Of a DNA stretch of 64,000 nucleotides, positions 1-10,300 are shown piece after piece. The stretch is taken from contig CAWDOD010000002.1 of NCBI GenBank assembly GCA_963803805.1, positions 192,001 through 256,000 of the forward strand. Reading direction: 5' to 3'. This DNA comes from an uncultured cyanobacterium. GTDB taxonomy: Bacteria > Cyanobacteriota > Cyanobacteriia > Cyanobacteriales > CAWCAG01. A program made the position numbers and the translations under genes. The notes beneath the pieces are model-generated. The model did no database searches. It had not been told where the DNA came from and saw only the letters and a list, made by a program, of their open reading frames with translations. Every line of letters begins with the position of its first letter. Within the stretch, counting starts at the first letter, position 1.

Positions 1-96
1 AATACTTCTTTAGATGAAATGCACGAAATCGCTGAAGCAGCGAGAAGAAAGAAGGCAATGGAACCAACCAAGTGGGTGATTCCTGACGAAATTTAG
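1..96 (+). CDS. 3' end of a CDS entering the window (product not identified)
   Basis: Open frame NTSLDEMHEIAEAARRKKAMEPTKWVIPDEI ending at TAG 94-96, followed by a hairpin. Confidence 0.6.
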   Translation, partial: NTSLDEMHEIAEAARRKKAMEPTKWVIPDEI

Positions 97-100
97 GTTA

Positions 101-131
101 GGAAGGGATACAAAGTTTTTGTATCCCTTCC
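101..131. terminator. Probable bidirectional intrinsic terminator
   Basis: Perfect 11-bp inverted repeat GGAAGGGATAC/GTATCCCTTCC between two convergent genes. Confidence 0.7.
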
Positions 132-149
132 CATAGTTAAACAATGCTT

Positions 150-704
150 TTAGAAAGCGTAACCAGCTCCTAATTGTATACTTACAGCAGAAGCAGGGCT
201 ATTTTGATAAGCATCAATACCTAACTTGGTATCGCCGTAAATCATTAAATGAGAACCAATTTGAGTTTCTGCACCAACAGCGAGTACAGGGGCATCATCA
301 TTACCAAGGGGAGTAGGTTGTCCGTTTTGCTCTACGAAAGAGTAACCTGCACCAAAATAAACATTAGTATTTTTCATGACAGGTACATCTACAGAAACCA
401 TTGGCATAATCGCTGAGGTTTCATCGCTAGCTAAAACTGCACCTCTAACAGAAACGGGTGTATTAGGGATAGCATAGCGCCCTTGTACTTGATAACCTAA
501 TGTTGCTGCATCTCCTGTTTGTCCACCGTTGGTAATGCCAGCGGCCGCACCGCCACCAATGTAGTTTGCATCGGTCCCTTTCTCGTTAACTGTTTGAGCA
601 AAAGCGTTTCCAGAAGTTAAGAAAATAGGAGCAACAACTAAAGCAGATAAGGTAGAAAGGGCGAGTTTAGATTTGATTGTACGTTCCATAGTTAATCTTG
701 CCAA
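150..704 (-). CDS. Small outer-membrane beta-barrel protein
   Basis: Signal peptide (..AFA/QT), alternating beta-strand pattern, C-terminal LGAGYAF barrel signal. Confidence 0.7.
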   Translation of the reverse strand: MARLTMERTIKSKLALSTLSALVVAPIFLTSGNAFAQTVNEKGTDANYIGGGAAAGITNGGQTGDAATLGYQVQGRYAIPNTPVSVRGAVLASDETSAIMPMVSVDVPVMKNTNVYFGAGYSFVEQNGQPTPLGNDDAPVLAVGAETQIGSHLMIYGDTKLGIDAYQNSPASAVSIQLGAGYAF

Positions 705-999
705 TTTATGAAGTGTATTTGTGTGGTGTTGTTTATTTAGTCGTTTGCTATTAAGAAAAGGTTCCGAGATTTTAAAAAGTTTTTTTACTATTTTTTCAAA
801 GGGTTGCTATTACTTGATTTAGCTGATAACCTATATTCAACAAGGCTTAAAGAGAATTTAGAGTCTTAATTTGGTTCAACTAATAAAAGAAAAATACTAT
901 TAGTATAACATCAAAAAAATGTTTTATTGTAGTAAGTGGACTCTTTATAAACTGGCACTATAAAGTTATCTTTGGTAGAAAGTAGAGAGTAAGAAAACA

Positions 1000-1209
1000 A
1001 GCTTAAAAATTCTACTCCCTCTTTAAGTACAGGTTCCAATCCTGGCAGAAGACTTTCCTGATGCTCTGACAGATTTTAAGCTTGACCTGATACTTTTATA
1101 CTAACTTCTTTCGCTTCTATCAAAGACAGTTTGAATACATTCCTCAACATACGGATTCGTGCAGCAAAATCAAGTCCATCTACAGATGCAATACGATAAA
1201 ATTTTTTTT
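1000..1209 (-). pseudogene. Remnant of a small helical (possibly immunity-like) gene, 5' end lost at the ISL3 end
   Basis: Manual translation FYRIASVDGLDFAARIRMLRNVFKLSLIEAKEVSIKVSGQA*NLSEHQESLLPGLEPVLKE; one in-frame stop; begins at the IS boundary. Confidence 0.4.
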
Positions 1210-2335
1210 GGTTCTACCGAACTTAAGATGTAAGATTAGCAATTGAAATGCCAAGTTAGAAAGATTCTGTGGCAAAAGTTGTCGAAGTTTCTAAACCCAT
1301 AAGCTCTCCTTTTAATCAACTTCAACTTGTTATTAATTCCTTCTACTACTCCTTGGGTTGTACCCCTATCAAAGTAGGCGATAATCTCTCCTATCCAACG
1401 CCTTATTGTCCCACAGCTTTTCGGGAAATACGAGTAAGCTTGAGCGCACCAATTGGCTATTGCCAATAATCCTTCACTCCAATTCTGGCTCTGTTCAAAT
1501 ATATTTCTAAATTCCTCTTTTAATCTGTGCATTCTTCCTCTATTTGGGATAATACCTCTTCTCCCCAGGCTTCCAGATATTGTGTTACTTCTTCTTGTGT
1601 TCGTTTTTCTACTATTCCTACTATGGTTCTTTTGTCTAAGTCTACTAAGACTACATAATAATTACCTTGCCCTTTGACTACTGCTATTTCATCAATACCT
1701 AATCTCTTTAAGTTCTGCGGCTTTCTTGAGGCTAATTCTGCTCCCATATCTTTGAGCATTGTTTCTATTTCTTGTTCGCTCAATCCGTTTCTTTGAGCAG
1801 TGTTTTTTAGGTCACTATTTAATACTTCTGCTACCACTTTTTTTTGAAATCTCTTTGTGTATGTCCTTTTTTTGGAGACATAATCTAGTTCTTCGTTGAA
1901 CTTCTTACCACATCTAGAGCATCTCATTTGGCGACGATTTATCTTGAGATATACTTGTTGAGTTCCCCAAGGTAAATCTCTTATGGTTAGCTGATTGTTT
2001 TGATGGAGTTTTTCTGTGGTTGCACCACAATTAGTGCAGGTAGCTTGTTTTTCTATTTTCTCTATGTGTAATACTATGCCTATGCCCTCTATGCACTGAT
2101 AATTATTTACCCTAACTCCTTCTAATTGAAGCAAGGAAGTCATGAGGTTTAGTTGAGGATTCGATGGCATTTGTATAAACTAAGTCTAAATACTGGTTTT
2201 ATTCTCATCTTTATTTAATCTTTGAATTCACCACAAAGCAACTCAGGCAGACTGTATAGCAACAAAACTATATATTTTGTATTTCAGTAGTTATCTGCTT
2301 ATCTTTCGTTTTTGCATTGCAAGTTCGGTAGAACC
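1210..2335 (-). mobile_element. ISL3-family element with internal deletion
   Basis: Perfect 15-bp terminal inverted repeats GGTTCTACCGAACTT (1210-1224, 2321-2335); no matching target duplication. Confidence 0.9.
1236..2170 (-). pseudogene. ISL3 transposase, split and internally deleted
   Basis: N-terminal part (CxxC zinc finger, LGIDEIA) 1520-2170 and C-terminal part ([20 protein letters not shown]) 1236-1532 in different frames; the middle of the DDE domain is missing. Confidence 0.85.
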
Positions 2336-2336
2336 A

Positions 2337-2426
2337 AATATCACTAATATCAAATTCAAAAGGCTTTAATTCATAAATAAACTGATAAGATAACTTGCGG
2401 TTGTGATAAGGCATATTTTTCACCAA
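2337..2426 (-). pseudogene. WD40 gene copy 4, truncated by ISL3 after ~30 codons
   Basis: VKNMPYHNRKLSYQFIYELKPFEFDISDI matches the start of the WD40 gene at 3145-4074, then ends at the IS end. Confidence 0.9.
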
Positions 2427-2435
2427 TACTAATAA

Positions 2436-3128
2436 TTAACCAAATTCTGGCAGTTCAATAATATCTCTTGGTTTTTGGGCTAAGTTTTGCTGTTCTGGGG
2501 TTTGACTTGTTTCTGGCATTGGCTCATATCGGAGCCAAGTATCTAAGTCTGAAGGAGAAGTATTGTATTGTTCCGGTCTAACGTTACGAAGTCTGCTGTT
2601 AATGTTGACATTAAAATTCACAAATTCTTGCCGTAGTTCGTTTATGCTATTAACATTGAATCCATTTTGTTTGGCGAATTGCTCAGCTTCACTAGCTTTC
2701 TGCGCCTCATCCATTTCAAAGTATTTACCTTCTTCTTTTTTGATGAGAATTAGCTCATCGAATACCTTTTTCATTTTGTCAATTTCTTCTTGTATATCTG
2801 AAAATGCTGAGTTATATAAATTGAGATGCTCTTCTTTAAGTTTTCCTAATGCAAAATTAACCCTATCCATATATTTAGAACTTTTCCACAGGGCTTTACC
2901 CAAGGTTTTGCCTTCTGTTGCTTGTTCCATAGCAAAGCCTAACTGTTCATTGATAGATACTAGATATTCGTCAACCCCTAAAGGAACACCTAGTCTAAGC
3001 TGCTGAGTTAGTACAACGTGTTCAGCAGCAGGGCCTGTATGGTAAGCTTCGTTGGAGAAGAAGAGGGCTTTGCTTTGTAGTTCATTTAATTGCAAAGTTA
3101 GCTGGTCTATTTCAGCAGATAACTCCTC
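2436..3128 (-). other. Orphan effector C-terminal cassette C3 (no ATG start)
   Basis: Paralogous to 7380-8075; starts at GAGGAGTTATCTGCTGAA (EELSAE) directly after an in-frame TAA; ends IIELPEFG. Confidence 0.85.
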
Positions 3129-3144
3129 TTAGCACAGGAATATA

Positions 3145-4074
3145 TCAAGACAAACTCACACGCCATACCTTAATATTCTTATCACTGTCGTAACTAGCCA
3201 AAAACCTACCATCTCCACTCCAAGCTACTCCGTAAACCCTGCCAGTATGACCTTCTATGGTTCCCAAGAGTTGAGCATTGCTGACATTCCAGAATTTGAT
3301 TAGTTTGTCTTTACTGCAACTGACCAAAGTTTGGCCATCATCACTAAAAGCTATGGATTTGACATTATCACCATGGGCTTGAATAGTTAGTAATTCTCTA
3401 TAGGTTTGCCAGTCCCAAAATATGATGCGCCCGTAATGAAGTCCCGCAGCACAGGTTTTTCCATCTTTGGTGATGGCAACAGTAGCAACACAGTCAGATA
3501 AATCCTTAATACTATGTCGAGGGCGACTACTAGGAATGTCAGAGAATTCTACATAGTTAATGTCGCTAGCGATAATATGTCCATTGGGGCTAATGTCAAG
3601 ACGATAACCCATAGTATTTGTGCCTGAAGAACGCTCTCCTGTGAGGATATTCCAAGTATCTGTCTGAGCGCTTCCTCCACTGATGAGGGTTACATTATCA
3701 GTACAGAAGGCTACTGATGTGTAGTCATGTTCAAACTCTGTGATGTATTTCAAAAAGCGTAGATGTTCACCTGTTTGTAGGTTCCACACGTGCAGGGAAT
3801 ACTTTTTGCAAGCTCCTGCTAGAAATTGACCATTGGGGCTGATTGCTAGAGAGTTTAGTGCGCCTGAACTAAGCCCAACAGGTCGCTTCTTGAGATTTTT
3901 GATTAGTCGTCCTGTTGAGAGTTCAAAAAGCTTAACGACGATTCCTTCGCTACTAGCTAAAATTTGACTGTTAGGAGTAATGGCAATATCACTAATATCA
4001 AATTCAAAAGGCTTCAATTCATAAATAAACTGGTAAGATAACTTGCGGTTGTGATAAGGCATATTTTTTACCAA
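3145..4074 (-). CDS. WD40 repeat protein W3 (putative immunity/cognate binder)
   Basis: GH...WD/WN-type repeats (AHGDNVKSIAFS..IKFWN, GHTGRVYGVAWS..IKVW). Confidence 0.9.
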   Translation of the reverse strand: MVKNMPYHNRKLSYQFIYELKPFEFDISDIAITPNSQILASSEGIVVKLFELSTGRLIKNLKKRPVGLSSGALNSLAISPNGQFLAGACKKYSLHVWNLQTGEHLRFLKYITEFEHDYTSVAFCTDNVTLISGGSAQTDTWNILTGERSSGTNTMGYRLDISPNGHIIASDINYVEFSDIPSSRPRHSIKDLSDCVATVAITKDGKTCAAGLHYGRIIFWDWQTYRELLTIQAHGDNVKSIAFSDDGQTLVSCSKDKLIKFWNVSNAQLLGTIEGHTGRVYGVAWSGDGRFLASYDSDKNIKVWRVSLS

Positions 4075-4083
4075 TACTAATAA

Positions 4084-4779
4084 TTAACCAAATTCTGGCA
4101 GTTCAATAATATCTCTTGGTTTTTGGGCTAAGTTTTGCTGTTCTGGGGTTTGACTTGTTTCTGGCATCGGCTCATATCGGAGCCAAGTGTCTAAGTCTGA
4201 AGGAAAAGTATTATATTCTTCCGGTCTAACGTTACGAAGTCTGCTGTTAATGTTGACATTAAAATTCACAAATTCTTGCCGTAGTTCGTTTATACTATTG
4301 ACACCAAACCTTTTCTCACTGGCTACTAGCAGGGCTGTATCAGCTTTTTGTTGCTCACTCATACCAAAGTAGTCACCTTTTTCTTTCTTGATGAGAACTA
4401 GCTCATTGAACAGCTTTTTCATTTTTTCAATCTCTGCTCGAACATCTGAATCAAATGCTGAGTTAAACAAGTCTGGATATTTTTCTTTAATTTGTTGCAA
4501 GGCAAAGTTGACTCGCTCCATATATTTAGCACTCTTCCAAAGAGCTTTACCCAAGCCTTTACTTTCTGTTGCTTGTTCCATGGCAAAGCCTAGTTGTTCA
4601 TTGATAGATACTAGATATTCGTCAACCCCTAAAGGAACACCTAGTCTAAGCTGCTGAGTTAGTACAACGTGTTCAGCAGCAGGGCCTGTATGGTATGCTT
4701 CGTTGGAGAAGAAGAGGGCTTTGCTTTGTAGTTCATTTAATTGCAAAGTTAGCTGGTCTATTTCAGCAGATAACTCCTC
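4084..4779 (-). other. Orphan effector C-terminal cassette C2 (no ATG start)
   Basis: Same boundaries and conserved ends as C3 and 7380-8075, with a divergent middle. Confidence 0.85.
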
Positions 4780-4795
4780 TTAGCACAGGAATATA

Positions 4796-5710
4796 TCAAG
4801 ACAAACTCACACGCCATACCTTAATATTCTTATCACTGTCGTAACTAGCCAAAAACTTACCATCCCGACTCCAAGCTACTCCGTAAACCCTGCCACTATG
4901 ACCTTCTATGCTTCCCAAGAGTTGACCATTGCTTACATTCCAGAATTTGATTAGTTTGTCTTTACTGCAACTGACTAAAGTTTGGCCATCATCACTAAAA
5001 GCTATAGATTTGACATTACTTGTATGAGCGTTGATAGTAAGTAGTTCTGCATAAGTTTGCCAGTCCCAGAATATGATGCGTCCATCATGAAGTCCCCCAG
5101 CACAGGTCTTACCGTCTTTAGTTATGGCAACCGTGGCAACACAAGACAACAACTTTTCAATACGATGTGGGGGACGACTACGAGGGATATCAGAGAATTC
5201 TACTCGACCAAGATCACCAACGATGATATGACCATTGGGGCTAAGGGCAAGACTGCGACCTAATGTATTTGTGCCAACAGAACGCTCCCCTGTATGAATA
5301 TTCCAAGTATCTGTCTGAGCACTCCCCCCACTGATGAGAGTTACGTTATCAGCACAAAAGGCTACTGATGTGTAGTCATGTTCAAACTCTGTGATGTACT
5401 GTAAACAATCTAGATGCTTTCTACTCTGTAAATCCCATAAATCTATTGAATACTCTCCACAGGCTTGAGCTAGTATTTGACCATTCGGACTGATGGCTAG
5501 AGCATTACATAAACCTTCACCTTGGTTGTCTATTTCTTCAAGAAATCCCCCTGTGTCTAATCTCCAAAGTTTAACAGTTACACTATCTGTAGTAAAAAGA
5601 GTGCGACTATCTGGACTAATAATTATATCCCTGATACTAAATTCAGAATGTCTCAATTCATAAATATACTGGTAGGATAGCTTACGGTTTTGCTCAGACA
5701 TATTTTTCAC
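4796..5710 (-). CDS. WD40 repeat protein W2
   Basis: WD40 repeats; paralogue of W1/W3 with the most divergent N-terminal blades. Confidence 0.9.
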   Translation of the reverse strand: MKNMSEQNRKLSYQYIYELRHSEFSIRDIIISPDSRTLFTTDSVTVKLWRLDTGGFLEEIDNQGEGLCNALAISPNGQILAQACGEYSIDLWDLQSRKHLDCLQYITEFEHDYTSVAFCADNVTLISGGSAQTDTWNIHTGERSVGTNTLGRSLALSPNGHIIVGDLGRVEFSDIPRSRPPHRIEKLLSCVATVAITKDGKTCAGGLHDGRIIFWDWQTYAELLTINAHTSNVKSIAFSDDGQTLVSCSKDKLIKFWNVSNGQLLGSIEGHSGRVYGVAWSRDGKFLASYDSDKNIKVWRVSLS

Positions 5711-5718
5711 TGTGATAG

Positions 5719-6410
5719 TTAACCAAACTCTGGTAATTCAATAATATTTCTTGGTTTTTGGGCTAAGTTTTTTGACTCTGGGATTTGACTTGTTTCTGGA
5801 ACTGGCTCGTACCCAGGCCAAGTATTTAAGCTTGAAGGATCAGTTTCATATTCCTCTGGTCTAGCATTACGAAGTTGGCTGTTGATTTTTACATTGAAAT
5901 CCATAAATTCTTCCCGTAGTTGTTTTATGCTTTCAACATTAAATTCTTGTTCCTTGGCTACTTGCTTAGCCGCATCACCTTTCTGTTGCTCATCCATCCC
6001 ATAGTATTCACCTTTTTCTTTTTTGATAAGAATTAGCTTATCAAACACCTTTTTCATTTTGTCAATTTCTTCTTGTATATCTGAAAATGCTGAGTTATAT
6101 AAATTGGGATGCTCTTCTTTAATTTTTGCCAAAGCAAAATTAACCCTATCCATATATTTAGAACTTTTCCACAGGGCTTTACCCAAGGTTTTGCCTTCTG
6201 TTGCTTGTTCCATAGCAAAGCCTAACTGTTCATTGATAGATACTAGATATTCGTCAACCCCTAAAGGAACACCTAGTCTAAGCTGCTGAGTTAGTACCAC
6301 GTGTTCAGCCGCAGGTCCTGTATGGTATGCTTCGTTGGAGAAGAAGAGGGCTTGCTTTGTAGTTCATTTAATTGCAAAGTTAGCTGGTCTATTTCAGCAG
6401 ATAACTCCTC
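5719..6410 (-). pseudogene. Orphan effector C-terminal cassette C1, 1-nt deletion near 6352
   Basis: GGGCTTGCT here versus GGGCTTTGCT in the other copies; length 692 nt versus 693/696. Confidence 0.8.
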
Positions 6411-6426
6411 TTAGCACAGGAATCTG

Positions 6427-7383
6427 TCAAGATAGACTAATACGCCATACTTTAATGTTCTTATCACTATCGTAACTAGCCAAAAACCTACCATCTCCAC
6501 TCCAAGCTACTCCGTAAACTCTGCCACTATGGCCCTCTATAGTTCCCAAGAGTTGACCGTTACTGACATTCCAGAATTTGATTAGTTTGTCATCGCCAGC
6601 ACTGACAAGAGTTTTACCGTCATTACTAAAGGCGATAGAACCAGTCACACCTGCGTGAGCATTTACGGTGAGTAGTTCCCTGTAAGTTTGCCAGTTCCAA
6701 AATATTATGCGTCCGTCATAAATTCCTCCAGCACAGGTTTTACCATCTTTAGTGATAGCAACAGTGCCTACACAAGCTGATGAACCTTGAAAGCGGTCGA
6801 TTTTAAGACTATGAGGGGAGCGAGTACGAGGAAGATCAGAGAACTCTACTCGGCTAATATCACTAGCGATAATATGCCCATTGGGGCTAATGGTAAGACG
6901 ATAACCCATCGTGTTTGTACCTGAAGAACGCTCTCCTGTGAGGATATTCCAAGTATCTGTCCTAGTTCTAGCTCCACTGATGAGGGTTAGGTTATCAGCA
7001 CAAAAGGCTACTGATGTGTAGTCATGTTCAAACTCTGTGATGTATTTTAAAAAACGCAGATGCTCACCTGTTAGTAGGTTCCACACGTGAAGAGAATATT
7101 TTTTGCAAGCTCCGGCTAAAAATTGACCATTGGGGCTGATTGCCAAAGAATTTAGTAGACCTGAACTAGCTCCCACAGCTCGCTTCTTAAGAGTTTTTGT
7201 TAGTCGTCCTGTTGAGAGTTCAAAAAGCTTTACAACAATTCCCTCACTACTAGCTAGAATATGCCCATTGGGACTAATGGTAATATCACTAATGTCAAAT
7301 TCAAAAGGCTTCAATTCATAAACACACTGGTAGGATAAATTACTGTTGTGATAAGACATATTTTTCACCATGCTAAAAATCAA
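6427..7383 (-). CDS. WD40 repeat protein W1, immediately downstream of the full-length effector
   Basis: WD40 repeats; start overlaps or abuts the stop of 7380-11408 (true start may be ATG 7371 or 7359). Confidence 0.9.
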   Translation of the reverse strand: MIFSMVKNMSYHNSNLSYQCVYELKPFEFDISDITISPNGHILASSEGIVVKLFELSTGRLTKTLKKRAVGASSGLLNSLAISPNGQFLAGACKKYSLHVWNLLTGEHLRFLKYITEFEHDYTSVAFCADNLTLISGARTRTDTWNILTGERSSGTNTMGYRLTISPNGHIIASDISRVEFSDLPRTRSPHSLKIDRFQGSSACVGTVAITKDGKTCAGGIYDGRIIFWNWQTYRELLTVNAHAGVTGSIAFSNDGKTLVSAGDDKLIKFWNVSNGQLLGTIEGHSGRVYGVAWSGDGRFLASYDSDKNIKVWRISLS

Positions 7384-10300
7384 CCAAACTCTGGTAATTC
7401 AATAATATTTCTCGGTTTTTGGGCTAAGTTTTGCTGTTCTGGAGTTTGACTTGTTTCTGGGATTGGTTCATATCTGAGCCAAGTATCCAACTCAGAAGGA
7501 GAAGTATCATACTGCCCTTGTCTAGCGTTACGAAGTTGGCTATTAATTTTCACATTAAAGTCTACAAACCTTTGTCGTAGTTGTTCTATACTACTAACAC
7601 CAAATCCTTGGTTATTAGCTTCTTGTTCAGCAGCATCGCCTTTCTGTTTCTCACTCATTTCAAAGTATTTACCTTTTTCTTTCTTAATGAGGATTAGCTC
7701 ATCAAATAAATCTTTCATTTTCTTAATCTCTGCTTGAGTATCTGAGTCAAATACTGGGTCATATGAGTCTGAATATTTTTCTTTGATTTTTGCTAAGGCA
7801 TTGTTAACCCTGTCCATATATTTAGAACTCTTCCACAGGGCTTTACCCAAGGTTTTACCTTCTGTTGCTTGCTCCATAGCAAAGCCTAATTGTTCATTGA
7901 TAGAGACTAGGTATTCATCTACCTCTAAAGGAACACGTAACTGAAGTTGTTGTCCCAATACCACGTGTTCAGCAGCAGGGCCTGTATGATATGCTTCGTT
8001 GGAGAAAAAGAGGGCTTTGCTTTGTAGTTCATTTAATTGCAGGGTGAGCTGGTCTATTTCAGCAGATAACTCCTCCGGAACCACATCAGCATCATAATTA
8101 CTTCTGCTATCCCTCAATTCCTCTAACCTTTCTCGTATTTCCTGACCTTCAACAAGATACTTCTCGTAGAGTCGATTGTAAGCTTCTAGCTCCGCATCTT
8201 CATTAACTGCTTTGATTTTTGCTGGATCTGTTTCAGGAGCATTGTTACTATCGCGTACCTGAATTTCCCCCGCCTTTCTGGTTTGGTTTAGTTGAACAAT
8301 AGTCTCGTTTAATTTATCTATAGCCCTACCATAAGTCTCATCAACTTTATCCAAACGCGCTTCTGTTACATCCCTCAAATCTGGATTGACATTTTCTAAC
8401 AATTGGTTTTTATACCGTAACCATTCCTCAGCACTCATATTTCTGCGTTGTTTCAGTAGCGCCATAACTTCTTGGTCTGCAAGAATTTGCCTTTGAGCTT
8501 CTGGGCTAACCCTGTTTTTGACCCTCTCTACCTCGACTTCTTGGACTAACCGTTTTCTTACTTCCTCTACTTGCTCACCAATTTCCTCAGCATCAAGCTG
8601 GTTAATATCTTCTGGTAGTTTTTGGTCAATTGCCAATTGTGCTTCGCTATTCTCTGATCTCAAATCATTAATTTCTTTAACCTTTGCCCTTATTTTCTCT
8701 TCCCGAACGGGCAGAAGCTCCTCCATTTCTTCGATTTCTTTAGCTAACTCCCTGTAAGGAGGGCTTCCTTCGGGTATTCCTATTTCAGGCATTTCTGCCA
8801 ATTCTAGTCGTTTCTCTGCTAAGTCTGTCGGTAACTTCAAGTACTCTTCCAACTTCCGTAAAGCTATCACTTCCTTAAGCCGATTACCCATAGCGCTACT
8901 GGGCATATGACCTGTGGTATAAACATTGGTATCAAAGACTGTACCAGACTCCTTACCAAACTCATTGCGGAACTGCCGATTAAATTCAATTACAGCTTCA
9001 ACCTCCACACTCTTAGCTCCAGAGAAAGTTACATCATAGTCAGATGTTGGTTGTTCACTACCCGCAGCAACAGGATCAAATTCTTGGGCAGAAGGTCTGT
9101 TTCTAGCGTTGATAAGACTTACTGCTTGTCCATACATTCTGTCAAAAGTTTTCTTACGGAATCTGGTTAACTGCAACATCAATTTTTCGTTGCGGCCTTC
9201 GGTGTATACCTGTTTTAGAATTGTTTTCCAATCATTGTCAAAGTGATCCATATAGGCTCTTAACTCAACATCAGAGAGCCTTTCCCTGTTTGTAGTAACG
9301 TCTATTCTGTCCCTAAAAAACCCTCGGTCGTTGTCTTTTACGGCTGTGATTAGACGACCTAACGTTTCCTCATTGCGTAAATTGTTAAGTTCAGTTGGTG
9401 TTAGTTCCAGAACTCCATTAATTTCCACAAATTTGCTGTCACTACCAACTTCAAAAGTCTCATCAGGATACTCTTGGCTAAGCCTGGTGATAGTTTGATT
9501 GTCTACTAAGTTTTCTTGGTTAACTGTTGATGCTTCTGAGCCTGGTTGTTGACCTGTTTCAACACCAACTACTGTATCTCCTGTTGCTGATGTGTTTTCT
9601 TGGTTAGCCGTAGATGTTCCTGAATCTGGTACTTCCTGTGATTGATCACCAACTTCTGTATCCTCTGTTAAATCTTGGTTGGTTGTTCCTGAGTCTGGTG
9701 TATTTCCTGATTGATCACCGACTCCTGTATTTCCCTCTATTTCTGGTGTGTTTCCTTGGTTGTCTGTTACTGTTTCTGAGCTTAGTTGTTGATCTGTTTC
9801 AACAACTCCTGCATCCCCTGTTTGTGAGTTTAAATCTCCTTGGTTAGCCGTTGAATCTTGGTTAGCTGTTCCTGAGCCTGGTTGTGCATCTGTTTCAACA
9901 CTAACTCCTGTATTTGCCTCTGTTCCTGGTGTGTTTCCTTGATTGCCTGTTACTGTTCCTGAGCTTGATGAATTAGGGTTAGGGCCTCCGTTCAGTTCTC
10001 TTCTTGCTCCAGCAGCACCCAATGCTAAAAAGCCACCCGTAACCGCCAAACTAGATAGTATTCTCAATATCTGTCCAAATTTTTCATTCCTAGATGACTC
10101 AGAATCAAGAATCTTCTCAATCTGATTACCTGCTTCCACTGTAATTATTACAGTAGCCCCTGCATCAAGAGCCACTGGAGTAATAGTCAGAAACTTCTCG
10201 ATATTTCTAATCCGGAAGTTATCACCTTGGCTTATTGCTCGTATCGCCAAAAGACCATCTAATAAACCGGAAACAATTCCCAAAACATCGATAGTAATGT

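Larger units (their letters stand above)
2337..8075 (-). repeat. Tandem array of ~1.65-kb [effector C-terminus + WD40] units (3 complete + 1 truncated)
   Basis: Unit starts at 8075, 6410, 4779, 3128 (periods 1665, 1631, 1651); conserved 16-bp junction TTAGCACAGGAAT-(CTG/ATA) at 6411, 4780, 3129. Confidence 0.95.

Noticed and set aside
3095-3128. GAGGAG as ribosome-binding site for TTG-started cassette ORFs
   Set aside because: It is the Glu-Glu codon pair of the parent gene and lies 27 nt from the TTG, too far for a normal site.
2563-6289. Recurring plus-strand ORFs (2563-3006, 4388-4657, 6023-6289)
   Set aside because: Antisense shadows of the repeated cassettes with inconsistent lengths; the same applies to most short ORFs opposite housekeeping genes.
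2337-8075. Diversity-generating retroelement
   Set aside because: No reverse transcriptase in the window; differences are block-wise mosaics with indels, not obviously adenine-specific.
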